A stretch of 64,000 bases of DNA. Source: Macrostomum hystrix. Taxonomy: Eukaryota; Animalia; Platyhelminthes. Where the stretch lies: positions 3,968,001 to 4,032,000 of the forward strand of contig CATNEN010000002.1 of assembly GCA_950097015.1 (NCBI GenBank), given 5' to 3'. Under the pieces are notes generated by a model. That model saw only the letters and a list, made by a program, of their open reading frames with translations, had not been told where the DNA came from and made no database searches. The position numbers and the translations under genes were made by a program. The stretch's first letter is position 1. The number at the start of each line of letters is the position of its first letter. Of this stretch, positions 37,001 through 50,735 are shown piece by piece.

Positions 37001-40000
37001 ATCGTTTGTGGGTGACTCATACTACTTATAAAGTATTTTTTAAGTAGCATAACATGCACATTATCTCCGTTTGCGGGATTGCCAAGTTATGTTGCATTGG
37101 ACAAAATTTCCTACCTCGCCAAATTGTTTAGGAGGCCAATCAGAAGCTGCAGCAGGTCACGAAGGACACGAAATTGTTTGAGGATGCCAGAGACGATGCG
37201 AAGCAGTGGATTGAGCAGGCCACTCAGCGACTGCTCGGCTGCAGTAATTTTAGCGACGATCCGCGCCGACTAGCCGAGAAGAAGCGTACCGTGAAGGTCG
37301 GTAGTTCGAATACTGACATTGCTTATTCGCTATTATTCATATTATTTAGTTGGGTCGAATCTACAACCAGTGCACATCTGAGGATTTTCTTAGAAACTGG
37401 AATATGTTTCCTATGAAGTTTCCTAGAATAATTTGCGTTCTTGGAATATATTTTACTTAATCACAAATAAGTAAATACAATTATTTTATTATAGGGGTTG
37501 TAGCTTTGTACTCACAACTTGAAGATCGGGGGTTCGATTCCCGACTCGCCTGGAACAACTTGTGTCCCTTAGCAAGTCATTTAATTCTGCATTGCCACAG
37601 AACACCCAGGTGTTAAATTGATACCAGCATTAGCTGTGGTAATTGAGGGTGGGTGTGGCGTCCCCCCAGTCCATGGACTGAAGCTTTTGTCGCTTATTAT
37701 CCTCGTGAGAATATTGTGGGATAAATATTATGATAGCGCAAGCGTTTCACCTGGCAATCGCACAACACACTCTAGGACATCGCCGACAGCATGCTGGACG
37801 GTGAGAACAAGCTTGCAGCCATGCTGGAAGCCGGCGAGCGCGTGCTTCGCTCCACGGACAATCCCGACCGCGTCCGGCGCCAGATGGACGAAATTCGTCA
37901 AGACTGGAGCACGCTGAGAAAGCAGCTGCAGCAGGTGCAAGCCGGGGTGGAGAAATCCGCAGCCAAATGGTCCGACTTCCAGGACGTGTCACAGCGGCTG
38001 AACAGCTGGCTGAATGAAACTGAGAGAAGCCTCGGTCAGCTGAGCAATCCGAGAGCCGATCTAGGCGAGAGGCGAGCCATGCAGGACCGCCTGAGGGTGA
38101 GTTTCTGCGCCTCCCCACATTTCTGAACCTTGTTTTATCTATATTTCTACTAATAGTAGCAGTATGTGTTTTTTATTTAAAAAGTGTTTCCGAATCGACA
38201 TATAAAACCAGCCCAATTTGTTTGCTTTTAAGATTGAATTTAGAATTTCCCTCTGTCTTGCTAAATAGTCTCTATATTTAACCTTTTTTTAGTTTTTTTA
38301 TTAATAGACTTGCTATTTTTATGATCAAGAGCTTTTACTGTCTGATTACATACTACTGACTTGCACTACTTACAGCCGCCGGCAAGCTGCAAGCTATTCT
38401 CAGACAAGTGCAAAGCTAAGGTTTGTATTGATGCACTGCGAAAAAATTCCCATTTATTTATTTCGGCTTTGCACTTTTATCTCCTAAAAACATTTACAAA
38501 TACAACTGATGTTTCGATGTCACACTTCCCGTAATGTTTACATTTGTTCGCGATTTCAGCTATCGACTCTTTGTTTCACAATTGTTTAACAAATTGTACT
38601 CGCAAACACATAATTAACTTCGTGTAAAACTATACCATCTTTTCGTTTATCTAAATTAATTTATACTGTGTTAAATATTGTAATTCTAGCATGAAATAAT
38701 TACAAAACCAGACACCAAGTCCCAACCAATCAGTCCCCAAGTGCTGCGTCACGTGATTAGCTCGTAAATTGGCTCAATCGATGTGTCTGAATCTCGGTTT
38801 TCCTTACCCTGCGCTGACCAATCACAATCCACGCAGTCACGTGACTCACATTCGAACAATTTTTCTGTCTTTTTTTCAGTCGTTGAAAAACGAAGTTGAT
38901 CGCTGCGAGCCGGACTTGGAAGATCTTCAGCTGCTGTGCGACGAGCTGCTGTCCGTCGGCAAGCAGCCGGAGGTGGAGGCCGAGACAAAAAGCCTGAAGA
39001 GTCGCTACTACCAGCTGCGCAAGGCTGTCAATGCCAAGTCGGAAGAGCTCAACAAGGCCCAGAAGGAGCACCAGACCTATCATGACAGTCTGCAGGAGAG
39101 CGAGAAATGGATTCTGCAGACCAGCTTCCGTCTGATGGAGCAGAACTCGGCCCAATGTCCCAGCCTGGAGGAAGCACAGCGCCAACTAGATCAGCACAAT
39201 GTCGTCTGCCGCGAGATTGAAGATCATCAGCGATCAATTGAAAATGTCCGTCGTATGGGACGCCGGCTTGTTGAAGAGAATTCCGGAAATTATGAGCTGC
39301 GCACTGAGATTGAAGGCCAGCTTAGTGGACTGGATGAGAGCTATGCCAACTTGAAGGAGACGGCAGAACAGATTCGGGTAAGTGAAATTCAATGTACACT
39401 AGTTTGCTTATCGATCGACTGGAATGTCTATTTTTAGAAACAATAATGTTTAGAAAGCTGGCTTGGTTAATCAATAAACAATAAAATAGTTAACGTTGCT
39501 ATTTATAGAAACAAAGATTTAAAGTTTTGACTAAAGATTTTGCGTCGACTCAATTATTTTTGGCACTTGTTTGCTTACTGCTTCAGGTACGGTCACTCAG
39601 TTGTGACCACTAGTTCATGCCTGACTGTTTTTAGCCTCGAAAATTTCTTTCTAGGAAGCTAGAAAACAAAATAAAAAAGTAGAAAAGGAACCAATAAGAC
39701 GCTTTCCTATTATACAGAAAGGAATACCTAAGAGAAAATTTCACCGTTATCTTATCATTTCTTTCCTCAATTGGCCGTACATTGTCATGGGTCACCCCAA
39801 CTTGAAATGTACATTCGTTTCGTTCGGGCACCCTAACGCGAAAGGACAAGCCAATGTACATCAAGCCCTAGTCCTCCACACACTCCACTCTCGTCCCCTT
39901 CCTCCCTGTCTTGCCTTCGCTAAATCGTTTTGGTTCCGCTTAAAATTTCGTTGGGCAAAAACTCCAAGTGGCGGGCGGCGCGTCGTCCACTTCCATTTGG

Positions 40001-43000
40001 CCTTCCTTAGCCATAGAAAATGGACACCTTGTTTTTTTAACGTCTTTGTTTCGATAATTATCTCATTAAAAGCGCAAATATTGTCGTCATGTAGCTCGTA
40101 TTATAAATAGGCTGAAAGAGCGCTGTGCTGTAGACTCAAATGTTATTTAATGAGCTGCAAGGTAAATTGTGATGTTTATCACTCTGGCGGCTGTCGCTAG
40201 TGCGAGTCGTTCACGTAGAGAACATTTCTCATCCGAGTCTGAAGATTCAGATACAAACAAGAGCAATAATAATCTCGATGACTGCTTCACACAGGCTCGC
40301 CTAACAGACAATCAGCAGCGTTGGAAGGCCTATCGCGACGTTCTGAACTCAGCCGATCGCTACCTGCACACTGACCTCGTCGCCTGGTGGTCAGGCCGCG
40401 AGCCGCTGAATGTGCGCAGCTCCGAGGAGGCTCGCCAGCAGACTGAGGAGGCGCGCGCTGTTCAGTCCCGCCTGACTCAGCTGCGCTCCGACATTGTCAA
40501 CGCGGCGCTAAAGTGCGACTGTACTTCGCCCAGCGTTGTTGGCACTTCCGCAGCCGCCGCGGTGGCAGCCTCCGCCAGGCGTCGATACAGCGGTGGCAGT
40601 GGAAGCTTCTTCGATGGAACCGGCGGCACTAATAGGCGATCTCCGTCGCCTCTGCTGGCTGGACCGACCACCGCCTCGATGTCGGCCACAGGCGGACCTT
40701 CCGAGACCACTCGCCTAGCCGAGAAAGTGTCTCGCGATCTACAGGTAAGCGAATGAGGCGCGCAAAATACAACAATTCAAGTTTTTATATTTCTACTAAC
40801 AGTAGAGTAGAAAGAATTCTGTTTTCATTTCATTAAATTATCTAAAGAATGTTGCTCAACAACTTGTCCCGCAACCAGGCCAATCTCGATCGCATCGATC
40901 GCCGCCTAGCTGAACTGTCCTTCCGTCGCGACGGCCTGGAACGCGTCGACTCCGAGGCCGACGAAGTCGCCGATTGGCTGCGTGACAAAGAGGCCGAAGC
41001 TGCCTCCCTTCAGGACGCATCGGCATTGGAACGCCTCCGAGACGAAGTGGCCTCCAGGTCGTTCTCCTCGGCTCTGTTCGAAGCCCGGCCGGAGCTTCGA
41101 GCTCAACGCGACGCCCTGTTGAAACGACTGGACGCCGCTCTGAATCAGCGTAGACAGGCTCAGGCCGCCGAAGCCGAGTACAGAAGGCGGCAAGCAGCTT
41201 TGGACAGCGAGGTGGATTCCGTGATGAAGCGGGTGGACAATAGGCAGACGGCTTCTGCCCAGACCCTTGATCAGGTGGACTACATGCGGGTGAGTCTCGT
41301 ATCTTACAAACAATCTCCCGACTGTTTGAATGCACTGTCCTAGAAATCTGTTTCCAGGAATTCGCAAGTCTCTTTTTTGTTTCCTAGAATCCTCAATTTT
41401 CTTCAGTTTCCTAGAATCCTAAAGTTTCTTCAGTTTCCTAGAATCCTCAATTTTCTTCAGTTTCCTAGAATCCTCGAGTTTCTTCAGTTTCCTAGAATCC
41501 TCAAGGTTCTTCAGTTTCCTAGAATCCTCAAGGTTCTTCAGTTTCCTAGAATCCTCGAGTTTCTTCAGTTTCCTAGAATCCTCAATTTTCTTCAGTTTCC
41601 TAGAATCCTAAAGTTTCTTCAGTTTCCTAGAATCCTCGAGTTTCTTCAGTTTCCTAGAATCCTCAAGTTTCTTCAGTTTCCTAGAATCCTCGAGTTTCTT
41701 CAGTTTGTTTTTAGGAACTTTTTCCTAGTAACCCCTGGTTTCCTAGCTTCCAAGAACCTCCATTTAAGTCTTCATTTTTTATTTCTAAGTTTAACAACAG
41801 AACTTCTCTTTTTTGATCCTTCAATTAAATTTTTAACGCACTATAAATCGTTAGAATGTGTCAGCGAAAGAGAATGCTTTGTACTTTTAAACTAGCTGTA
41901 CTTTTTCGTTATTACTTTTCAAGCGTCCACGATTTACTTATCGGGGAAAAATAACTTGACATCGTTATTAACGAAATTCCGTGTACTTTATTTAGTAGAA
42001 AAAAACTAACTGCTTTGGTTTTGTACTTTAACAAAGAATAGCTAACATATTTTAAAATAACATTCTAACGTTTTATTTTACTTTTATTTTTAATCTGAGC
42101 TAAATAAAAAAAACTAGAATGTATTAATATAGTTCACATCTATAGGCTAGAATTATAAATTATTGAAGCTAGAAAATATTCGTTAGGTCAATAATTAACA
42201 AGCAAAGCGAAGCAAACGAAATTGAAAATTATTTCCATTTATTCTCAGGTTTATCATTTTGCTCCTTTATTTGATTTCCTAACCTTGAATGTGCTCATCC
42301 CATTATTATTAGCTTCACTATCACCTGACTGTGTCAAGTGTACTTTTATGCTTTGTTCAATCGTTGTCACAACTACTTTAAGTAGCTCTTTTAGATATGC
42401 TATTGCTTCCTTTCGCGTTCACGGCTATAATTTATTTATTGTATTATATTCTGCACAACTATATTGACTGTCTTATCCTAGTTACTGTTCATTATGCTTT
42501 ATCCTGGAACTTTTGTATATGGACAGTGTACTTTTAAGTCACACTTGTACACATTCTATGTAAAACCTGCTTTTTAAATTCACCTATCCACTCGGTGTCT
42601 GTGACTCCGCTCTGCAAGTCAAATTTATTCGCGCATTGTTTTTTTAATTGTTCATCGATCTTTCGCTGGCTATTACGGCTTGCCTTACTATACATGCTAT
42701 CCAGTAAACTAATACTGCTTTTCTTTGTGTAAATAGCATTCCTTCCTTATGGTACTCGAACTGCGACTGCGCTACTAACTCCCTGCCTTCACAACCTGCC
42801 TTCGCACCCTGCCTTCACACCCTGCCTTCACACCCTGCCTTCACTCCCTGCCTTCACACCCTGCCTTCACACCCTGCCTTCACACCTTGCCTTCACTCCC
42901 TGCCTTCACTCCCTGCCTTCACACCCTGCCTTCACACCCTGCCTTCACTCCCTGTCTTCACTCCCTGCCTTCACACCCTGTCTTCACACCCTGCCTTCAC

Positions 43001-46000
43001 ACCCTGCCTTCACACCCTGCCTTCACACCCTGCCTTCACTCCCTGCCTTCACACCCTGCCTTCACCCCCTGCCTTCACACCCTGCCTTCACACCCTGCCT
43101 TCACTCCCTGCCTTCACACCCTACCTTCACACCCTGCCTTCACAACCTGCCTTGACAACCTGCCATCACACCCTGCCTTTCACTCCCTGCCTTCACACCT
43201 TGCCTTCACACCTTGCCTTCACACCCTGCCTTCACACCCTGCCTTCACACCCTGCCTTCACAACCTGCCTTCACACCCTGCCTTCGCAACCTGCCTTCAC
43301 AACCTGCCTTCACTCCCTGCCTTCACCCCCTGCCTTCAGACCTTGCCTTCGCACCCTGCCTTCACACCCTACCTTCGCACCCTGCCTTCACCCCCTGCCT
43401 TCACACCCTGCCTGATTCCTACCTGATTCATTTATCTGGATTCCATCTGTGTTTTTTTAATTTTCCTTCTCTGTGACTACTCTATCGTATCTCTTGGGCT
43501 ACGCCTATTAGTCTATCCATTGTCACCTGTTGTATTATCCTAGCAAATTTTATTCCAATTATGAATAGTTTTACCTTAGATAGGTATAAGTCAGAGAAAA
43601 ATAAAAGACAAAAAAGTTTAAATTTAAATTTTATTTATATATATTTTTACTTTACTTATGGTAGAGTAACAAAAAAAATCTAATGTTATCTAACGATTAA
43701 CACTGAAAATTTTAACACTGGTGGAAAAATAACATTTAGGAGGCTTTACTTCTCATTATAAATAGTTCAAAACTATGCGATGCACTTTTATTGGACTTAC
43801 GCTTTAGTTTAAAATGCTACTAGTGCGTACTTGTCCATGCGATCAGCTAAATTGTTGTCGTTCTACAGTAGTACATGCTCACTTTACCCAGACTAAGTGA
43901 CTTGCCTAGACTGCGCCATTAAACAAATAAAAATCATCGACTTTTGCAGTTCTCCCTCCTAACCACACTGTGCTCAACTCAGTACTCGGCTGCGCTGCTC
44001 TCCGGGCGCAACTCGGCCGCATTGTCGGCTGGGAGCGCCCGAGACAGCCAGCTGTCTATGGTAAGGACCCCGTGTACTCAGAAAATCGCCTGCTGCCAAT
44101 GTATTCAAGAATAAATTTATATCCAAGTTTATTTTCAACTCACTACTACTTTGAGTAGTGCAATTGAGAATAGAAACTATTTCGCACGAAATGCAAATCA
44201 CTGCTACTAGAAGTAGTGCAATTGAGAGATGCAAACCTATTTCTCAAGAATAGCCAATCACTTTACGCTACAATTTGTAAAATTAAGAATTGAAACGATC
44301 TCTTAACGCATAAGAACAATGAAAAACTAAGGACTAAGTTTGAAACTTTCACTACGAATTAGAAAAAAAACACGGAAAGTAAAAACTTCTAAGAAAGTAA
44401 TGAAAATGTAAAAAAAGCAAGGGTGTTGCTTGTTTGCCTAACTAATCACAAATTACTTTCAATTGACCATTTATTTCTATCAATTATAATCGGAGTAACT
44501 TTTCAGTCTACTTGTGTGCCTAACATACCCTCCAATGCAAAAGATAAATTAATCATGATCAATACGATGTATATTATCTATTTTTTATTTATGCAGCATA
44601 ACATTTATTTCTTTTAATCACTGCATACATTGAAAAGTTCACTTTTGCTATAGAAAAAAATAATTTTTTTCAGCATCATGGTTAATTATTAAAAGTGAAT
44701 AAAAAATAATAAAGCACCGTTGCCTGGAGTGATTTTCTGCACCCGATGAAAATCCTTAAAATAAGTTATTTTTTAACGAAAAACTGTAGTCCAAAAGTTT
44801 ATAAAATAGTTTATTATGAAATAGCTTCAATTTAGAACAAAAAGTAAAATCTAGTTGTATTGATTAATACCAACCAGAAATTTAGTATATATAGAGTAGC
44901 ATTTCAACCCCCTTTTTAGATTTGCGCGGCGTAAGTTCAAAACTTTCGTAGATAGAATATTTAGGATTCTTTGTACTTACATTACTATATACGAAGTACT
45001 TCGTAGCATTTTTGTGTTCTTTGAACCGAATAAAATATGGACTTAGACTGCATAGCGTTTATAAAATAATCACCATCCAATCTTTTTATGCTCTTCTCTT
45101 CGTCATTCCCCATCAGAGTCCATCATTCTGTTCTTTCTTTCCCAAGCCCCACCTCCGAAACCTGCCAGCCAATCCGAACCGAGCCTACTAACACCCCCTA
45201 CCCCGCACGCGACAGCTGATGGACCAGCAGACGCAGACTCCGTGTCATCAGCAGACCCAGACGCCGAAGCAGTCCAACACGCCGTCAACCAGCGCTCTGG
45301 ATCTAACTGACGGACGCCTGTACGGCTCCGGGCACGGCTATCCCGGACATCATCACCATCATCACCACCCGGCTCTGCCCAGCTCGCTGGATCTGCGCAA
45401 CTCCGGCGGCGGCGTTGGAATCTCGAAGAAGCTCTGGCCTTACACCGCCCAGCGCGACGACGATCCGTTGCTGTCGCTGCAGCGAACCCTCACCGATCTG
45501 GAGGCCCGCGAGGAGGCCGCCGTACAGACACCGAAGCATCGCCGAACTCAAACGAGCTCGATTCCTACGCCGCCACCGCCCGCCCCGGTCACCAACGGCA
45601 AGCCAATGCGCGGTGTAGCCCTGCTGCACATCATCGATACTGTCAAGGACCTTCAGGATGAGCTGGCCGCTAGGCGCAGCCGCGAGGACAACCACATTCC
45701 CGCGTCCTTGTCACCGGCGTCAGCGGGCGCTGAGTCGATTCGTCGACCAGCAGAACGGCCGCTCGGCTTGTCCGAGGACAACCGACCGGTCGGTTCCTTG
45801 CGAGCCCGCAGTCTACCCCGTCAGCGGCCCACGGCCAGCGCTCTGGCACCGACGACTTCCGCGGCGCCGGCGTCTCAGGCTTCAAAGCCAAGGACCAGAT
45901 CGCCGAGTCCTCCGAGGCGGCGGTCAGCGGCTGCCACCCCGCAGCCTCAGCAGCCGCCGCCACCAACGATGCCTCAGCCGTTGATTGGAGGCATCGAAAA

Positions 46001-49000
46001 TCGGTACGGCCTGTCGCCGGAGAAGTTCGAGCGATTCATCCCAACTCGACCGCACTGGCGCTCTGAGGAGCCGCGGTTGCTATTGGCGACCAACGGGCAT
46101 TCAGAGCCGCCCCCGCCGCCGCCGCCACCGCAGCCTCAGGCGCCAACAGACACACGTAGGTTTGTTCGCGACTATCAGCAGATGCTGATGGAGCCGGGCA
46201 ATCAGAAGCAGCCAGCTCCAAGGCAGCAGGAGCAGCAGCTCAGTGACAGTCTGGGCAGGGCTGCTCGCACGGCTCGAGACATGCGAGAGGCCAGCAACCG
46301 GTTAAGAAAATCTGCAGCGGTTTAACATTTGGAACGCATCACGAGAAAATGTATTTGCTCAATGAATTTAGTACATTGATTGGTTTTTTAAACTGTTTCG
46401 CCAACACCGTCCAAACTGATCTATTGTAGAAAAACTCTATTTTTTCTAAACTTTACCTAGCTATACATTTGGCTGGCTACCAGATTTCTAACTCATTGCT
46501 CCATAATAAAACATTCAAATTTTTTAATGCATATGCATTCTATTTTACTGTTAGTAGTGTGCTCCGTCAGACTTAAGATTCGCTTTTTTAATAATGCGTT
46601 GAAAATTTGCTGGGCAAAACAAATTGTATAATGGCATGCTAAAAAATAGTAAATTGCGATCTAACGGAATCTTCAGGCATCACATTTCCAAGCTTACTCA
46701 CATTGGTGAGTGCTACTACTTACCTACTTGAAGTAGCGATATGCGCACATGCGAACTGTGTTACTATTTTTAGCGGAAAATATATTGTAGCTGTGATCTT
46801 TTTTCTACCTTGTCTTGTAACTGCTTAAACAATCTCACTGTTTTGCCTGTACTGTGTTGCTACTAGTTTTTCCACTGCCTGTTTTTTTAATCAAGCTTCT
46901 GTATTTTTTTAAAGAACTAGTTAATCTTGTCTGATTTATGAATTTATTAACTTCTTTTTCAGATCTAAGACAATGTCAGTTTGAGATGTAGATTAGACAA
47001 ATATGAGATCGATTCGATAACTAAATACAATCTGTAGATAGCACGAAGGTATGCGTACAGCTGTTCAGTCTATGGACAGGGGGACACCAGACCCACCCTC
47101 AATTACCCCAGCTGATGCTGGTACCCAATCAGTTTCTGAATGCTGCATCTAATAGATCACAGTTTCTAATTCATGACAAGCCCCTGTTGATCAGTGCCTT
47201 GTTTTGTCATTTATTCATTTCTGCATTCATCAGTTTCTATGCATGCTTCGTTGACATTGAAATCCGAGAAATCTCACACTAAGTAGGAACAGAAATTAAT
47301 TAAAATTAACTTTTTAAAAGCTTTCGTTATAAATTTTGTGTCAAAAAGCCACACAGTTAATTCCGACCTATTTTTCCAAGAAAACTGTTAAAAAATAACA
47401 GTTATTTCTGTACTGTCCTACTCTCAGTAGAGAGAATGAGTTTTACGTTTCTTTTAGAAAGTTCAGAATGTAATTTTTCCAACTTTTTTTCGAATTTCGT
47501 GTTATTTTTTGTTACAATTTGAAGTTACTTTTTTTCGCTAAAAAAATTAACTTGGCAATTTTTATGGTCAGAATAAAAATTTCACTTGCTTTGCTGTCGC
47601 TTGGTCTGTAGGGAAATCAAGAAATTAACAGCAGAAAACTATTTACTGTTTATTTAAGAATCAATACTAGTGCCTACTTAGAAGTGACATTTTTTCGATC
47701 ATAGTTAGGCTACAGTTTTCAAAAATAAAAATATTGTGACAGAACTTCTTTGCTCTTTCTAGCACAAAAAATATGCAAAACCTTTCTCCTTACTACTAAA
47801 AGTACTATTTTATATTTAGTAAGCACACGTCTGACGAATCAGGGTGAGAGGAGTGACAGACGGCAGAGATTAGAGAAGAGTGACAGATGGCATAGGGGAG
47901 AGAGAAGAGTGACAGACGGCAGAGATGAGAGAAGAGTGACAGACGGCAGAGATGAGAGAAGAGTGACAGACGGCAGAGATGAGAGAAGAGTGACAGACGG
48001 CAGAGATGAGAGAAGAGTGACAGACGGCAGAGGCGAGAGAGAAGAGTGACAGACGGCAGAGGGGAGAGAGAAGAGTGACAGACGGCAGAGGCGAGAGAGA
48101 AGAGTGACAGACGGCAGAGGGGAGAGAGAAGAGTGACAGACGGCAGAGGGAGAGAGAAGAGTGACACACGGCAGAGGCGAGAGAGAAGAGTGACAGACGG
48201 CAGAGGGGAGAGAGAAGAGTGACAGAAGGCAGAGGGGAGAGAGAAGAGTGACAGACGGCAGAGGCGAGAGAGAAGAGTGACAGACGGCAGAGGCGAGAGA
48301 GAAGAGTGACAGACGGCAGAGGGGAGAGAGAAGAGTGACAGACGGCAGAGGGGAGAGAGAAGAGTGACAGACGGCAGAGGCGAGAGAGAAGAGTGACAGA
48401 CGGCAGAGGGGAGAGAGAAGAGTGACAGACGGCAGAGGGGAATTTAGAATTTAGATTTATGAGGCAAAGCAGTTTCAAAAGTTTAGACTCTGGCATGGCC
48501 TTAATAAACTGTTCTGACGAAAAAGTGCAATCGTGCTGTCATTTGGCAGCCAACTGAGAACGGCTGTTACTGGAGATTTTGCACTTCCTGTTCTAAAGTG
48601 GTTGACGAAAGAATCGAGCATTCTTAGCTTAAGCTGAGACTGGCTGCAGAAAACTATTTCCTTTTTATTGCCTGTACCGCGAACCGTGCGTCTCCTTGCT
48701 GCCCAGAAAGTTGTCCTATGGTTCAGAGTACGGTACTATAGTTGGCCGCTTTAAACATTTAGTGGGGTGTAAAGCTGGACTCTTAATGCTTATGCTAAAT
48801 GATGATTTATGTTTGCTCTGGAAAGTTTTTATGTAACTCAAATACAATTAGTGTGTGAATTTATGAGGAGGGTGGGTGAATGGATGAGGAGAGTGGGTGA
48901 ATGGATGAGGAGAGTGTGTGAATGGATGAGGAGTGTGTGAATGGATGAGGATAGTGTGTGAATGGATGAGGATAGTGTGTGAATGGATGAGGAGAGTGTG

Positions 49001-50701
49001 TGAATGGATGAGGAGAGTGGGTGAATGGATGAGGAGAGTGGGTGAATGGATGAGGAGAGTGTGTGAATGGATGAGGAGAGTGTGTGAATCGATGAGGATA
49101 GTGTGTGAATGGATGTGGTGGGTGTGTGAATTAAGACAGAGTGTATGCTTAAAGTACAAAGGTAGTGCTTTGCCAATTTCCTGAAGGCCTGTTTAACTCA
49201 GTCATAGTGAGATCATGCAGCTAAGATGCATATTTGGTAAACTTACTCATCTTTTTGGAAACTTTTCAACTTCAAGAGATCAACGCGGAAGAATTGCTTG
49301 GTGTCTGCTTTTGCAAACTGAGTAAGAATGACATACTACCTTCCCACCTCTGCATCGCGCAGCCTTTGCCATTGGCGCTAGGGGGTGCTCAGTCGTGTGT
49401 ACTTCATTTCTCCTGCCTCTTGGCTGCAACAATGCATTTGCATTTGCCCTGTACTTCAGTACCGTCTGCTTCTAGGCAGACAGAAATGAAGACATTGGGG
49501 CGAACTGGGATGAAAGAGATTAAATGGGATGGAGAGAATTTTAAACAAATTGTAAATTTGCTTAACAAAAAGTTATTCATTTTTTCAAGGCAACGCTTGT
49601 CTTGCATCGATTCGTGACCTCACAAGATTAACATGCCTTCTCATCTACCTGTCTAACTGCCTTCTCATCTACTGGTCTACCTGCCTTCTCATCTACTGGT
49701 CTACCTGCCTTCTCATCTACCTGTCTAACTGCCTTCTCGTCTACTGGTCTACCTGCCTTCTCATCTACTGGTCTACCTGCCTTCTCATCTACTGGTCTAC
49801 CTGCCTTCTCATCTACTGGTCTACCTGCCTTCTCATCTACTGGTCTACCTGCCTTCTCATCTACTGGTCTACCTGCCTTCTCATCTACTGGTCTACCTGC
49901 CTTCTCATCTACCTGTCTAACTGCCTTCTCGTCTACTGGTCTACCTGCCTTCTCATCTACTGGTCTACCTGCCTTCTCATCTACTGGTCTACCTGCCTTC
50001 TCATCTACTGGTCTACCTGCCTTCTCATCTACTGGTCTACCTGCCTTCTCATCTACTGGTCTACCTGCCTTCTCATCTACTGGTCTACCTGCTTTCTTAT
50101 CTACCTGTCCATATATAAGTGCCTCCTTATCTATATCTACCTATCTCCCAGCCGTCTCATCTGCTAGTTTACCGTTAAATCTATTTATCAACCTACCTTA
50201 CACGCCTGCTTACTTCCCCATATACCCACTCTCTTAATATTTGTCTACCTTGTAAAGTAATGAGCGGATATTTTATAGCATTTTTATATAATTGATGATT
50301 TTAATGACATTGTTGGAGGGCTCAACTCGCCCTACTCTCGCCCTCCCTCCGTCTCCCTCATCTCCTCTCTCTCCCATTTTCTTGCTTCTCTGCGTCCCTA
50401 TCCCATAGGCGTTGGCGGATAACTCATTGTACAAAGTGCGTCTGTTGAAAAAAAAACTGCCTTTTCATCCCAATCCCCATCCTACCTCAGCGTTCCCCCT
50501 CCCCTGAAAGACAGACCAATGCAGTGAGGAGAAAAAGGTTGAAAACATAAGGCTGCTTATGTTATATACGGCAAGACGTCACATTCTGCGACAGGGATCG
50601 GAAACCACTTAAAGATCCGATCGATCTGATAGATATATTATTACAATTCAATAATGGGCAATCAGCCCACGTCAGAGAGTCGAAAGTTGAGCCAGACTCA
50701 A

Positions 50702-50735
<34 letters not shown>

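Noticed and set aside
40169-40294. Upstream ATG extension of exon 27 as an alternative start
   Set aside because: No promoter signals seen, and a good phase-0 acceptor at 40295 explains the exon.
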